64,000 nucleotides of DNA from Candidatus Latescibacterota bacterium (GTDB lineage Bacteria > Latescibacterota > UBA2968 > UBA8231): contig OZ241867.1 in assembly GCA_965203175.1 (NCBI GenBank), forward strand, positions 6,496,001 through 6,560,000. Direction: 5' to 3'. The notes beneath the pieces are model-generated. The model was not told where the DNA came from and ran no database searches. It was given only the letters and a program-made list of their open reading frames with translations. Position 1 is the stretch's first letter. The number at the start of each line of letters is the position of its first letter. Positions 26,945 to 37,500 of the stretch are shown piece by piece. A program made the translations under genes and the position numbers.

Positions 26945-28768
26945 CTACTTCAGCAACAGCATTTGCTTGCTATCCACAAACGAGCCAGCCCGCAGTTCGT
27001 ACAGGTACACCCCACTGCCCACGGACTCGCCTTGGGCATCCCGGCCATCCCACTTGATTTCATACGACCCAGCCTGTAACTCGCCGTCCATCAGGCGGGC
27101 TACCAACTGACCGGAGATATTGTAGATGTCGAGGACGACAACTCCGGCCGCTGGAATGGCAAAGCGGATCGCAGTTTCGGCATTGAAGGGATTGGGATAG
27201 TTGTCGCCTAAGGCATAATCAGACGGCAGGGACGCGCCAGTCAACTCCGCTATCGCAGTAGCTGCATCGCCGCCGATGACGCCAGTACTCACGTCAAAGG
27301 GGAAGTGGACCAGTTCCTGCTGGCCAGTCGGCGCGTACAGACCGTCGTAAGACCCCCCATCAGAGACCCAGTACAGGTCGGAAGCCAGCCCGGTGGGCAT
27401 CTTGGGCAAATTGACGTTGAACAGACCGTGCCCATCCGGCCCGAGGACCGTGCCCCAGAAGGGCTGGTTGAAACCAGAGAAAAAGGCGATGTGGTGCCGG
27501 CCGACATTGGCGTGGGTAACGGCCATCTGGTGGTCAAGGCCATCTTCGGCAAAGCCGCGAGCCGTGGCCTCCTCGCCGAAATAGCGGTCGAGAAAGCCGT
27601 CGCCATTGCGGTTGAGCCAGATGAGGTCGCCGTCTAACGTGACATGAGCTGGAAGCGAAATCGGATTGTACCACAAACCAGAGACGTAGATCCCGCGGTC
27701 GTCCACATCGACTCCCCAAGGACCTTGGCTGCCCGTCTCGTGGAGATAAATCTCGCTCAGATCGAGAATATTGGCGATCTCGCCGGTGGCGCGGTCAACC
27801 GAAACAACCGCCGGCACCAGTGGCTCTTCGACATCGCGATTGGCCAGATAGATCATGCCGTCGTCGGCGACCCAAGAGTGATGCGAGGCCTGCGACACGG
27901 CCGAACTGGCGACGCGGGCGTTGATATGGACATAACCCCGGTCGGCTGCGGCCCAATCCTCGTCCGGCAGGATCGTGCCGTTGTCTGGGTCGAATTTGAC
28001 CCGCCACACACCGCTGCCCCGCGCCACGTCAAACTGGGCGTTGTTGGTGATATAGGCGACGTTGGGGTCGGCCGGGTCGGGCTGGTAGGAACTGACGTCC
28101 CAGTACTGAATTTCCTGGCCGTGGCGCTCGTTCATCCAGGGGATCAGAAAGCTTTCATACGCCTCGGGGTTTTGGAAGTAGTCGAGACCGAGCTCGCCGC
28201 GGCGGATCTCCCACTCCGTCCCTTGGTTGGAGGTCCAGACCACGGGCGGATCGACATTGAAATCGACCCGGTTGGTCATCCAGTACGAATGCGAACTGCC
28301 CGGGCCGATCCAAGTGGGATTGGAAATATTGTCCAAGGCGAAGAGGTAGTACGTATAAGTACCGGCCCCGACCTCGTTGCCGTTGAAGTCCCGGCCGTCC
28401 CAAGTGATGGAGTTGGCCCCTTCGCTGAAAGTCTGGCCACCAGAGATGCTGATCAAGGTGTCGAGCCCGGCGGCGCGCAACATGGCATTGCCCACGCCAC
28501 CTTCGCCAAAAGCCGCGCCATCGTACTGGGGATTGGCGTCCCGGGAGTACACTGCCAAGTGCACTTCGGCCGGACCCCCATTGAGCGTGAAGGGCACCTC
28601 GACCGAACCGCCGTCAAAGGCGACATCCTCGGAGTCGATAGTGAGGACATTGGGCATGCCGCTACGCCAATCGTTGGCGCGATCGAAATTCGGATTGCCG
28701 GCCGTGCCCGACTGGGCTAGGGCAGAGCCGACAAAGACCAGAGAAAAGAGCACAGATAACATCTTCAT
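26945..28768 (-). CDS. Secreted protein with N-terminal FlgD-like domain and T9SS type-A-like/FlgD C-terminal domain
   Basis: Signal peptide; ITWDGRDFNGNEVGAGTYTYY near N-terminus; C-terminus LGDNYPNPFNAET...IYNISGQLVA...WDGRD...SGVYLYEL...KQMLLLK. Confidence 0.8.
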   Translation of the reverse strand: MKMLSVLFSLVFVGSALAQSGTAGNPNFDRANDWRSGMPNVLTIDSEDVAFDGGSVEVPFTLNGGPAEVHLAVYSRDANPQYDGAAFGEGGVGNAMLRAAGLDTLISISGGQTFSEGANSITWDGRDFNGNEVGAGTYTYYLFALDNISNPTWIGPGSSHSYWMTNRVDFNVDPPVVWTSNQGTEWEIRRGELGLDYFQNPEAYESFLIPWMNERHGQEIQYWDVSSYQPDPADPNVAYITNNAQFDVARGSGVWRVKFDPDNGTILPDEDWAAADRGYVHINARVASSAVSQASHHSWVADDGMIYLANRDVEEPLVPAVVSVDRATGEIANILDLSEIYLHETGSQGPWGVDVDDRGIYVSGLWYNPISLPAHVTLDGDLIWLNRNGDGFLDRYFGEEATARGFAEDGLDHQMAVTHANVGRHHIAFFSGFNQPFWGTVLGPDGHGLFNVNLPKMPTGLASDLYWVSDGGSYDGLYAPTGQQELVHFPFDVSTGVIGGDAATAIAELTGASLPSDYALGDNYPNPFNAETAIRFAIPAAGVVVLDIYNISGQLVARLMDGELQAGSYEIKWDGRDAQGESVGSGVYLYELRAGSFVDSKQMLLLK

Positions 28769-28862
28769 GAAACTGCCTCCCCTAGGTGATTAGTGTCTGC
28801 GAAATGGACGAAATGTTGAAATTCATCAAAATAGATAACATCAGCGCACAGCTATCCCGTCC

Positions 28863-28891
28863 ACTATATAGAAATTAAAGAGATATGTCAA
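28863..28891 (-). promoter_or_regulatory. Near-consensus sigma70 promoter
   Basis: TTGACA (28891-28886), 17-bp spacer, TATAGT (28868-28863), upstream of ATG 28768. Confidence 0.75.
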
Positions 28892-28935
28892 AGTAAAAAC
28901 TCAGCCCCTGAAAGATCCCTGTTGGCGCAGTTAGT

Positions 28936-30525
28936 CTATTGGATCTGCTTGGAACGGACCAATTCGAGAAAAGACCGGATGCGCGGATAATCGGGTTGCG
29001 ATGCGAGTACCTGTTCAAAAGCGGCCTCGGCTTCTGGGTAGCGCTGTAGATCAATCCAGGCCAAACCGAGGCCAAAACGGGCGTGGACGTGCCCGGGGTC
29101 GGTTGCTAGGACTTGCTCAAAGAGCGGCACGGCTTGGGCAGGACGCAGCCCGCGCACGTGGAGCATGCCCAGTTCGAACTGCGCCTTAGTCCACCCGGGC
29201 TCGAGGACCAGAGCCCTCGCAAAGGCCGCGGTGGCCCGCTCGTCGCCTCCAGCTTTGGCATGGGCCTGACCCAAGCGCAGGTGGAAGCGCGCCGAATCCG
29301 GGGCTAGGGCCACGGCCTGTTCTAGGGCGGCAATGGCTTTGTCCGTCCGCCCCTGCCGGTCATAGACCAAACCTAGATCGGCGTGAATCCCAACCATGCC
29401 CGGCTCGAGGGCCAAGGCTTTTTTGAACTCTTCAATAGCCCGATCGTACTGGCTAGCTTCGGCATAGGCCACGGCCAAGGCGCGGCGCTCTAGGGCTTTT
29501 TCGGGTTGGCGCTGGACCCGCAATTGGGCCATATAGAGCGAGTCTTGTTCGCCTTCTTCGAGGGCGACAAAGCGCTCCTGCGCGCGCTGGCTGGCGGCGG
29601 TGCGGCCCAAGAGTTGGTAGGATCTGGCCAAATTGTAGTACGCCTGTCGGTAGCGCGGTTCGAGAGCGATGGCCCGCTCGTACGCCTCCACAGCTTTGGC
29701 GGGCGATCCCCGTCGATCCAGCACTCTCCCCAAGTTGTAGAACGCTTCGGCATCCGTGGAGTCGAGCCCGACGGCCGCCCGCAATGAGACGGCCGCGCTG
29801 TCCAAGTCGCCTTTTTCCAGATAGATGGCACCCAAGCGGCGATGCGCTGTCGCTAGACCTATGTCGAGTTCTAGGGAATGTCTGTACGCGGCTGCGGCCT
29901 GGACGGATAGATTCCGCAATTCATAGGTGCGGCCCAGGTTGTAGTGGAAATGGGCATTGGTCGGCTCGAGATTCACAGCCCTGCTCAGGGAGGCAATAGC
30001 CGTGTCGAGATCGGTGTAGCTGAGATTGATCGGTTTATCCGTGGCCGTGGGTGCGCGCCGCGCATAGGCCACCCCGAGGTGGAAGTGGGCCTCGGCGAAT
30101 TCCGGAGCCAAGGCCGCGCTTTGCCGCCAGTGCTGGATGGCGTCGTTGTACTTGCCAATCCGCGCGTACACTTGTCCCAAGCCAAAGTGGGCGCGCACAC
30201 TGGCGGGGTGCTTTCCCAAGGCGGCTTGGTAGAGCGCCACAGCGCGAGCGTATTCGTCCTGCTGGACTAGGGCTGCGGCCAGATCGCAGTACATCTCGAG
30301 ATCGGCTCGACCTTCCCGTATGGCCGCCTCTATAGCACCGAGCGGCAGGGCCGACCGGGGACCAGAGCCATAGCGAGCGCGCAACTGATCCTGGCGCGCG
30401 GATGTCGGCTCGTATTGCTCGTCGGCGCAACCGCTGAGCGAGATGATCGGTAGCGCGAGAAAGAGCCGATAAATCCAAGGAGCAGATTGCGGCCTATCAC
30501 TGCGCTGGCAGAGATCCAGCCGCAT
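28936..30525 (-). CDS. TPR protein, probable lipoprotein; start uncertain (30525-30567)
   Basis: ISLSG-C; many canonical TPR units (AHFGLGQVY, AFYNLGRVL, AYYNLARSY). Confidence 0.82.
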   Translation of the reverse strand: MRLDLCQRSDRPQSAPWIYRLFLALPIISLSGCADEQYEPTSARQDQLRARYGSGPRSALPLGAIEAAIREGRADLEMYCDLAAALVQQDEYARAVALYQAALGKHPASVRAHFGLGQVYARIGKYNDAIQHWRQSAALAPEFAEAHFHLGVAYARRAPTATDKPINLSYTDLDTAIASLSRAVNLEPTNAHFHYNLGRTYELRNLSVQAAAAYRHSLELDIGLATAHRRLGAIYLEKGDLDSAAVSLRAAVGLDSTDAEAFYNLGRVLDRRGSPAKAVEAYERAIALEPRYRQAYYNLARSYQLLGRTAASQRAQERFVALEEGEQDSLYMAQLRVQRQPEKALERRALAVAYAEASQYDRAIEEFKKALALEPGMVGIHADLGLVYDRQGRTDKAIAALEQAVALAPDSARFHLRLGQAHAKAGGDERATAAFARALVLEPGWTKAQFELGMLHVRGLRPAQAVPLFEQVLATDPGHVHARFGLGLAWIDLQRYPEAEAAFEQVLASQPDYPRIRSFLELVRSKQIQ

Positions 30526-30985
30526 ACTCCCGATCCTCGGGGAAATCGACAAAGGGATGGGCACCAACTGAAATCAGCTTGGTCGCCGGGTTCACAGTCA
30601 ACCGAGCGTATTGCCCAAAGGGACGCCAGCGTTTGGCCGGAGTGTTGTCTATTTTTTCCGGCTCGTTCTGCGGAGGGTCAAGGCCAATGATGCGAAAAGC
30701 CTCGACTTCGTCAAAGGGCTCCATGGCGGCGAAATTATACGTGACATAGACAATTTTGCCCTGCTTGATGGCCGCGAAAAGTTTCACTCCCCCAACGTCC
30801 TCCCAGCGCATAAAACCCACGTGCTTTTCGGTTTCCTCTCTGTACTGCTTAGGTTCCCCCAAACGCGCCTGCACCGCCGAGGGAGTGCTGGCCAACAGGG
30901 CGTGGGCGTCTAGGGGTCCTTCCGGGGAGCAGGCTAGGCCGAGGAGCAGAACCGTGGCCAACGGACAAAAACCAGACCATTTCAT
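30497..30985 (-). CDS. Hypothetical lipoprotein
   Basis: LLGLA-C lipobox; VQARLGEP motif; 162 aa. Confidence 0.65.
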   Translation of the reverse strand: MKWSGFCPLATVLLLGLACSPEGPLDAHALLASTPSAVQARLGEPKQYREETEKHVGFMRWEDVGGVKLFAAIKQGKIVYVTYNFAAMEPFDEVEAFRIIGLDPPQNEPEKIDNTPAKRWRPFGQYARLTVNPATKLISVGAHPFVDFPEDREYAAGSLPAQ

Positions 30986-31034
30986 AGGGGATTGTTCTCT
31001 GTGTTGCTCAATGCCTTATCGCCGAATCGGTGCA

Positions 31035-31094
31035 ACAATAGGCGCGTTGGCAGGCTGCGTCAAGGTTGACAAATGCAGGGGCGCACTTCAGTTT
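31035..31094. promoter_or_regulatory. Back-to-back divergent sigma70-like promoters
   Basis: GTCAA-GG-TTGAC palindrome; minus TTGACG(31063-58)-17bp-TATTGT(31040-35); plus TTGACA(31066-71) with weaker -10 CAGTTT. Confidence 0.55.
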
Positions 31095-31103
31095 CGGCCA
31101 ACT

Positions 31104-33038
31104 ATGAGCAACCAGTCAAAGGGGTTTTTCATCGCCTGCATTGGCCTACTGGCCAGCGCCAGTCTCCACACGGGGTGCGGCGAACTGGGGCAAAAGCCCA
31201 ATGTCGTAGTATTGCTGGTTGACACCTTGCGCGCCGACCACCTCAAGTGCTACGGGTACCACCGGGACACAGCCCCATTCCTCGAAGGACTGGCCCGCCG
31301 CGGCGCGGTCTTCACCCAGTGTTACGCTCCCTCGGACTATACTCCGGCTTCCACGGCCTCTTTGTTCACGGGGCAGTACCCTCTAGCGCATGGGTATCTC
31401 AACTCGCACTACGTCCTCGCCGAGACCCACACCACCATAGCCGAGATATTCCAGCGGCAAGGATATACCACCGCGGGATTTATCGCCAATGGCTTGGCCG
31501 GCGAGAAGTACCAGATGGACCAGGGCTTTGACCACTACTTTGAAAAGAACAGGGCCTCGGCCGCAGAATTGGTTGCCGCGGCATCCGCCTTCATTGAACA
31601 ACAGGCCGACAAACCCTTTTTCGCGTACCTGCATTTCCTCGATGTCCACGATCCCCACCGGATTCCCCAAGAATACCACGGCCGCTTCGCCGATCCGACG
31701 GATTTTGCCTACGATATGCAAGACACCCTCCAGCTCGACAATTTTGTCATGCAGGCCTGGTGGGAGGCGGCGCAGGGATGGCGGGATCAGACTGTAGGAT
31801 CCGACCAAGTCGCAACATATTTTGCCGACTACGTCCAGCTCTACGATGCATCCATTTCCTACTGGGACGAGCAGTTGGGGGCCTTGCTCGACCTGCTCGC
31901 CGTCCAAGGGATCGATGAGCGGACGATCATCGTGGTGACCTCGGATCACGGGGAGCAGTTTCTCGAACACGGCTATTTCGGGCACGGCAATTCAGGCTAT
32001 CAGATTGGCCTACACATCCCCTTTATTATCAGCGATCCACTGCACCCCAACATCGCCGGTCTGCGAGTTGACAACCTAGTCAATGCCGTCGATATCCTGC
32101 CCACCCTGCTGGCCCGGCTCAATTGGCAAATTGCTCCAGCCGTACAGGGGCAGGAGCGCTGGTCTTTGCTCGCGTCCGACGCGCCAGACGAGTACTCTGA
32201 GAGCATTTATACAGAGGGAACCTTCATGGCCAACCGGCCTTTCAGCACCTTGATCCAAACCTATCGGGAAGGGGAGTGGAAGCTGCTGCTCGATCGCCTG
32301 CGGGATACCAAGGAACTCTACCATCTAAAAGAAGATCCGGGCGAACTTCGCGACCGTTTTGCCGAACAGCCAGAAATCGCCGCCCAACTCTACGGCAAAA
32401 TCCGCCAGTACTACAACGACAACTTGCAGCTCTTTGAGCAGCAACAACAGTCGCAAATGCAGTTGACAGAGCAAAAATTGCAGGAGTTGCGAGCCTTGGG
32501 TTACATTACAGGGCGCGCCGGGTTGCAAAGGCCGGCGCAGGAATTTTTCCCCATGAAGCCGGTCCGCCTAGAAAAATTCGGCCCCTTTGGGGACGAGGAG
32601 GATCTGGGCAGGTTTTCCCATGCGATCGATTTCTTTCGCGGCCAAGTCACCTGGGGCCAAGTCATCGGTGGGTACAGCGACAGGGTGGGCCAGCGAGATT
32701 CGGCCGGGGTCTGGTTTGATCGGCGGGCGACTTTTCTCCTGCCCAGCCAGCCCGTTGGGCAACGGGTGGTCGTCGAGCTGACCATTGATCCTATGGGAGG
32801 GGCTGACAATCCGACCCAGATCGAAGTTAAATTCAATGAGCAACCTAGCGAAATCTGGGCGCTCAATGGGGTCGGGCCCTATCGGTTCGAAGCGGCGCTG
32901 CCCGCCTTTTTGCAGCAGAGTGCTTTCTTTTATCTGACCATTGAGGCCGACAGCCGCTTCGTCATCCGCAAAGCAACATCGGTGCGCAACGATATATATG
33001 GAGCCATGCGAATTCGCAGATTGTATCTGGAGAGATAA
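31104..33038 (+). CDS. Sulfatase-like (alkaline phosphatase superfamily) lipoprotein
   Basis: Start ATG 31104; LHTG-C; PNVVVLLVDTLRADH, YTPASTASLFTG, TSDHGE, LHIPFII, DILPTL, ELYHLKEDPGE, LRALGYI; extra C-terminal beta domain. Confidence 0.85.
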   Translation: MSNQSKGFFIACIGLLASASLHTGCGELGQKPNVVVLLVDTLRADHLKCYGYHRDTAPFLEGLARRGAVFTQCYAPSDYTPASTASLFTGQYPLAHGYLNSHYVLAETHTTIAEIFQRQGYTTAGFIANGLAGEKYQMDQGFDHYFEKNRASAAELVAAASAFIEQQADKPFFAYLHFLDVHDPHRIPQEYHGRFADPTDFAYDMQDTLQLDNFVMQAWWEAAQGWRDQTVGSDQVATYFADYVQLYDASISYWDEQLGALLDLLAVQGIDERTIIVVTSDHGEQFLEHGYFGHGNSGYQIGLHIPFIISDPLHPNIAGLRVDNLVNAVDILPTLLARLNWQIAPAVQGQERWSLLASDAPDEYSESIYTEGTFMANRPFSTLIQTYREGEWKLLLDRLRDTKELYHLKEDPGELRDRFAEQPEIAAQLYGKIRQYYNDNLQLFEQQQQSQMQLTEQKLQELRALGYITGRAGLQRPAQEFFPMKPVRLEKFGPFGDEEDLGRFSHAIDFFRGQVTWGQVIGGYSDRVGQRDSAGVWFDRRATFLLPSQPVGQRVVVELTIDPMGGADNPTQIEVKFNEQPSEIWALNGVGPYRFEAALPAFLQQSAFFYLTIEADSRFVIRKATSVRNDIYGAMRIRRLYLER

Positions 33039-33047
33039 TTTAAATTC

Positions 33048-33740
33048 GTGGATCTCGTAAGCGAACTCTGGTACTCCATGGCCTTCACTGGCAAGGCCGT
33101 GGTGGTGATCTTGGCCGGCCTGTCCATTTATTCCTATGCGGTCATGGTGGACCGCGGCCTGACTTTGCGCTGGACCCGGCAGCGTTCGGCCGCTTTTGCC
33201 CGTGAAATTGAAGAGGGCGGCCTGATGCTGGGAGAAGTCAAAGCAGTGCAGGAATGCGCCCATCGAGCCGAGCAAGACGGACATTGCGCTCTGGCTGTGG
33301 TGACTTCAGCCGCTCTGGCGGAATACGAGCTATTGGCGGAGGAAGGACAGTCCGATGTGGTAGTGCTGGAGGCCGTGGACGATGCGCTCGGCCGCTCGCT
33401 GGACAGCGTGGTCGCCAATCTGCGGGTCCGGCTCTCCGGCATGGGCACCATTGTCGGGGTCGCGCCCTTCTTGGGGCTTTTTGGCACCGTGACTGGGTTG
33501 ATTGCCGCTTTTCGCGGCATTGCCACCACAGGCGGCGGGGGCCTAGCCGAGGTATCGGGCGGGATCTCCGAAGCCCTAGTCACCACGGTCATCGGCCTGT
33601 TTGTCGCCATGCCCGCCCTGTGGGCGTACAATTTTTTTACCAACCGCATTGAGGCCATGTCTCTCGGGCTGGAAAACAACGCAGCCCGCATCGTCGGCCA
33701 CGTGGTGCGCCGCGCGCTCAAGGCCAATCGCGTCCCCTAG
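33048..33740 (+). CDS. exbB: MotA/TolQ/ExbB proton channel protein
   Basis: APFLGLFGTVTGLI and GISEALVTTVIGLFVAMPA TM motifs; exbB versus tolQ not separable by eye. Confidence 0.9.
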   Translation: MDLVSELWYSMAFTGKAVVVILAGLSIYSYAVMVDRGLTLRWTRQRSAAFAREIEEGGLMLGEVKAVQECAHRAEQDGHCALAVVTSAALAEYELLAEEGQSDVVVLEAVDDALGRSLDSVVANLRVRLSGMGTIVGVAPFLGLFGTVTGLIAAFRGIATTGGGGLAEVSGGISEALVTTVIGLFVAMPALWAYNFFTNRIEAMSLGLENNAARIVGHVVRRALKANRVP

Positions 33741-33748
33741 CAAGTATC

Positions 33749-34177
33749 ATGGCCAGACGCAGCAAGCGCCGAACTCGCCACGCCGAAGTGCGGCGCAGCC
33801 CCATGCCCGACATCACGCCCATCGTCAATGTGGCGCTGGTGCTGTTGATCGTCTTCATGGTGGTCATGCCGCTCATTCAAGAGGGCATCTTGGTAGAGAC
33901 GCCCGAAGCCCGCAATGCCCAGGAGATCGTCGAGCAACTCGGCGCAGAGAGTTTGATTCTCTCCATTCAGGAAGACGGTTCCCTGTACATCAATTTGCAC
34001 CAAGTGGCGCGGGCCGACCTCAAACGCGAACTGGCCAGGGCCTATCACGGCAAAGAAGGCGAGCCCATCATCGTCAAGGGCTCCAAGAATCTACCCTATC
34101 GCGAAATACTCGACTTGATGGAAATCTGTCAGGAGATCGGGGCACCGGGGGTGGATTTAATGGTCAAAAAACCGTAA
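33749..34177 (+). CDS. exbD: ExbD/TolR-family protein with Asn at the conserved TM Asp
   Basis: DITPIVNVALVLLIVFMV TM; C-terminal IIVKGSKNLPYREILDLM. Confidence 0.85.
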   Translation: MARRSKRRTRHAEVRRSPMPDITPIVNVALVLLIVFMVVMPLIQEGILVETPEARNAQEIVEQLGAESLILSIQEDGSLYINLHQVARADLKRELARAYHGKEGEPIIVKGSKNLPYREILDLMEICQEIGAPGVDLMVKKP

Positions 34178-34178
34178 C

Positions 34179-34580
34179 ATGGCGCGACGGCACAGAAGGA
34201 AATTCGCCCGGGTAGAATCGTCCATGAACGCGACCCCACTGGCGGACGTATCCCTTTCTCTGCTATTGGGCTTCTTGGTGATCACCCCGATTATTCTGCA
34301 AACCTTGGCGACCCAATTGCCCCAGGCAGGCGGAGTCGCTTCGGGGCAAGTTCGCCAAGATCCGAGGGTCGTTCTCACAGCAGAGGGCGAAATCCTGATC
34401 AACGACAAAAAGGTGAGCGAGGAAGAATTGCCAGCTAGGCTAAAGGAACTCTTTCCGCCTGAAGCCGATGTGGAGCGTCGGGTCGTGTTTACGGGATCGG
34501 GAGAAGTCCCGTACCGGGATGTGATCAACGTACTCGATCTGCTCAAGGAAAACGGCGTCGAAACCATCGGCATCCGTTGA
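34179..34580 (+). CDS. exbD: ExbD/TolR-family protein
   Basis: NATPLADVSLSLLLGFLV TM; VPYRDVINVLDLLKENGVETIGI. Confidence 0.85.
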   Translation: MARRHRRKFARVESSMNATPLADVSLSLLLGFLVITPIILQTLATQLPQAGGVASGQVRQDPRVVLTAEGEILINDKKVSEEELPARLKELFPPEADVERRVVFTGSGEVPYRDVINVLDLLKENGVETIGIR

Positions 34581-34593
34581 GCCTAACTCGCAG

Positions 34594-37500
34594 CTAGCGC
34601 AACAACACCATCCGCCGCACCAAGTCCCCACCCAACGTCGCCAAGCGCACGATATAGACTCCACTCGCCAGATCGGCTCTACCAAACCGCACTGCGTGGC
34701 TTCCGGCGTCCAGCGCTTCGTTGATCACGACATCGACCCGCTGCCCTAAGATATCAAAAACCTCCAACCGCACTGCCATGCGTTCGGGGAGCACAAAGCG
34801 GATCTGGGCCGTCGGGTTAAAGGGATTCGGATAGGGCGGATACAGGACGGGCTGACCGGGCAACGACCCTTGTGAACTCGACTCAGCCTCCACTGCGGTG
34901 GCTGAGGGACGGGACACCCCCGGTCCTTGGAAATCAATCCAATTGATGTTGAACAAGCCGTCGTCACCCGGATTGCGCAGAAAAATAAAAAACAACTCGT
35001 GGGTTCCGCCCGGGTCAGCAATAGGTGCCGCCAAGTCGGTATAGACCTGCCAAGCGCCCGTACTGCCCACGCGCACCGCGCTAATCGGCGGCCCCTTCAG
35101 CGAATCAACGCGAACTTCGATGCGCCCTCCCAGCCCAGCCGAAGCCACCCGATAGTTGAGCGACTCAATGCCCTCCAGATTCATGGGCGCAAAGGAAATC
35201 CAGTCGCCGTGGGCAATAAAGCCGATATTCTGCCCGCCGCCAGCCTCGTCTCCAGTCGTTTCTAACAGTACTCCGCTCTGGCGCGTATAGTGCTCGGCTT
35301 GCTTGCGCTTGGGTTGCAGAATGTGGCCCGCCCTACCAGTCAAAGGAGCCACCGACTCCGTACCTCGGTCTGTATAGCGCGCCTCGATCGTATAAAACAA
35401 ATCGTCGCCGTCGCCGCCGTGCCCTGCCTCGGTCTGGAAACTACCGCTGCAAGCGCCGTATTCCTCAAGGGGATGGCTGTGCTCGTCGTGGCCGATAAAC
35501 GCTTGCAATACCACCCGAGCGCAGTCGGCGGTCCCGTCCTCCTCGTCAAAGGCCCTGACTTCAAAATCGACGACTTCTCCCCAGCTAAAAAACCCGCCGT
35601 CCGGGGGCCGCACGATCTCCACCTCGGGGACGGTATTGCCGACCGAGATCGGCACTTGCGCCACGCCCTGGTTGCCCTCGGCGTCGGAGACCATTAGCTG
35701 GGCAATGTAGTCGCCGCTTACCTCGTAGGTGAAGACGACCTCTAACCCCGTCGCGTCAATCTCGCCATCGCCGGTAAAATCCCAAGCGTAGTCTAGCATC
35801 GACCCCGGATCGGGATCAAAGGAATTGCGGCCCGAGAAATGCACTTCCAACGGCGCAGCACCATTGGTCGGCACAGCCTCAATGCGGGGCACCGGTGCCC
35901 GCGTACCCCGCACGTAGTCAATCCGCACCACGCGGGCATCGTCGTTGTCGCCCCAAAAGCCGCTACCCCATTCCAACACGTACAGCGAGCCATCGGGGCC
36001 AAACTGCATGGAGATGGGCCGGATGAATTCCATACTATCCAAAAAGGGATTTATCTTGAGGATGTTCCCGTCCTCGTCCAACTTGACCTCTTTAATCCAA
36101 TTGCTAGCCCACTCGTACATAAAGAGCGTGCCGTCGTAGTACTCCGGCAGCTTCTTGTCGCCTGCTGCAGCATCGTAGTAATACACCGGGCCAGCCAGCG
36201 CCGTGCGACCGCTGTCAGCAATGATTTCGGGAAACGCGGACGAAGTGCCATACGGATACCAAACCCACGCCGCCTGCGCCGGGGGCAACGATTGCAGGCC
36301 CGTATTATTGGGCGACAGGTTCCTCAGTGCCCCGCAATCGAAGGGCATACCGGAGCTTTCAGTGGCAAAATCGTAGGCCACGTAGGGCTGGTTGTCGCCA
36401 ATGCAGTAGGGCCAGCCAAAATTGCCCGCCGCCCGTGCCTGATTCCACTCGTCTAGGCCGATCGGCCCCCGCTGGGGGTCGGCTTGGCGGGCGTCGGGAC
36501 CCACATCGCCCCAGTAGAGCCAGCCGCTCTTGCGGTCGATCGACAACCGGAAAGGATTGCGCACGCCCATGACGTAAATCTCGGGGCGGCCTTCCTCGGC
36601 CTCGGCGAACAAATTCCCCGGGGGAATACTGTAGCTACCATCATCTTGAGGCTTGATGCGCAGGATCTTGCCACGCAGGTCGGCACTGTTGGCCGCCGTG
36701 CGCTGAGCGTCCCAATCGCGCCGGTCCGGCCGCTCGTCCAACGGACTGAACCCGTCCGAATCAAAGGGATTGGTATTATCGCCGACGCCGATATACAGAT
36801 TCCCGTCCGGGCCAAACGCCAGTGCCCCGCCCGAGTGGCAGCACGCGCGCCGCTGGGTGGGAATTTCCAGCAATACGACTTCGGAATCCAAAACCAGTTC
36901 ATCGCCATCTAATTCAAAACGGGATACATGCTGCTTGGCCTCTTCGCCGTGTGGCGAGTAAAACAAGTAGAGCCAATTATTGCGGACAAAATCCGGATCT
37001 AAGGCAATGCCCAGCAGGCCGTCCTCAAAGTCGGTCGATACCGCTAACTGTCCGGCCAAGCGGGTCAATCCTAGATCGGGCCGATATACGTTCAACTCTC
37101 CCTTGCGCTCGATGAAGAACACGCGCCCGTCGGGAGCCACGGCCAAATCGATGGGATTTTCAGCCTCGCTGTCGAGGACGACCTTTGCAAAATTGGTATC
37201 CAACGTAACCCCGCAATCGGCCGCAGTTACTCCTGTGGCGTACTCGATCCCGCCAAGGATATGCTGCATGAACAGAGGCTCGCCGTAGCTTTCGCGGGTG
37301 TGGCCACCGCCGGTGTACCAAGAGCGGCCACCGTCGTAGTCGTGGCACCAAGCAATGGGGTGGTCAAAACCGTGATTGCCGCCGTCGTAACTGCCCTCGT
37401 CCAAAGTGGCCAAGATGTGGACTCGCCCACGGGGATTGCGGCGGTAATTGTACCACTCGTCGCGCCGCTCCCAGCGCGCAGACAAATGGCTAGTGGCCGG

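Noticed and set aside
30756-31103. N-terminal extension of the sulfatase-like ORF
   Set aside because: Overlaps a divergent gene and promoters; signal peptide begins at 31104
25816-34580. Canonical Tol-Pal system (TolB-like plus TolQ/R)
   Set aside because: PD40 protein lacks the TolB N-terminal domain; no tolA or pal; genes are not adjacent
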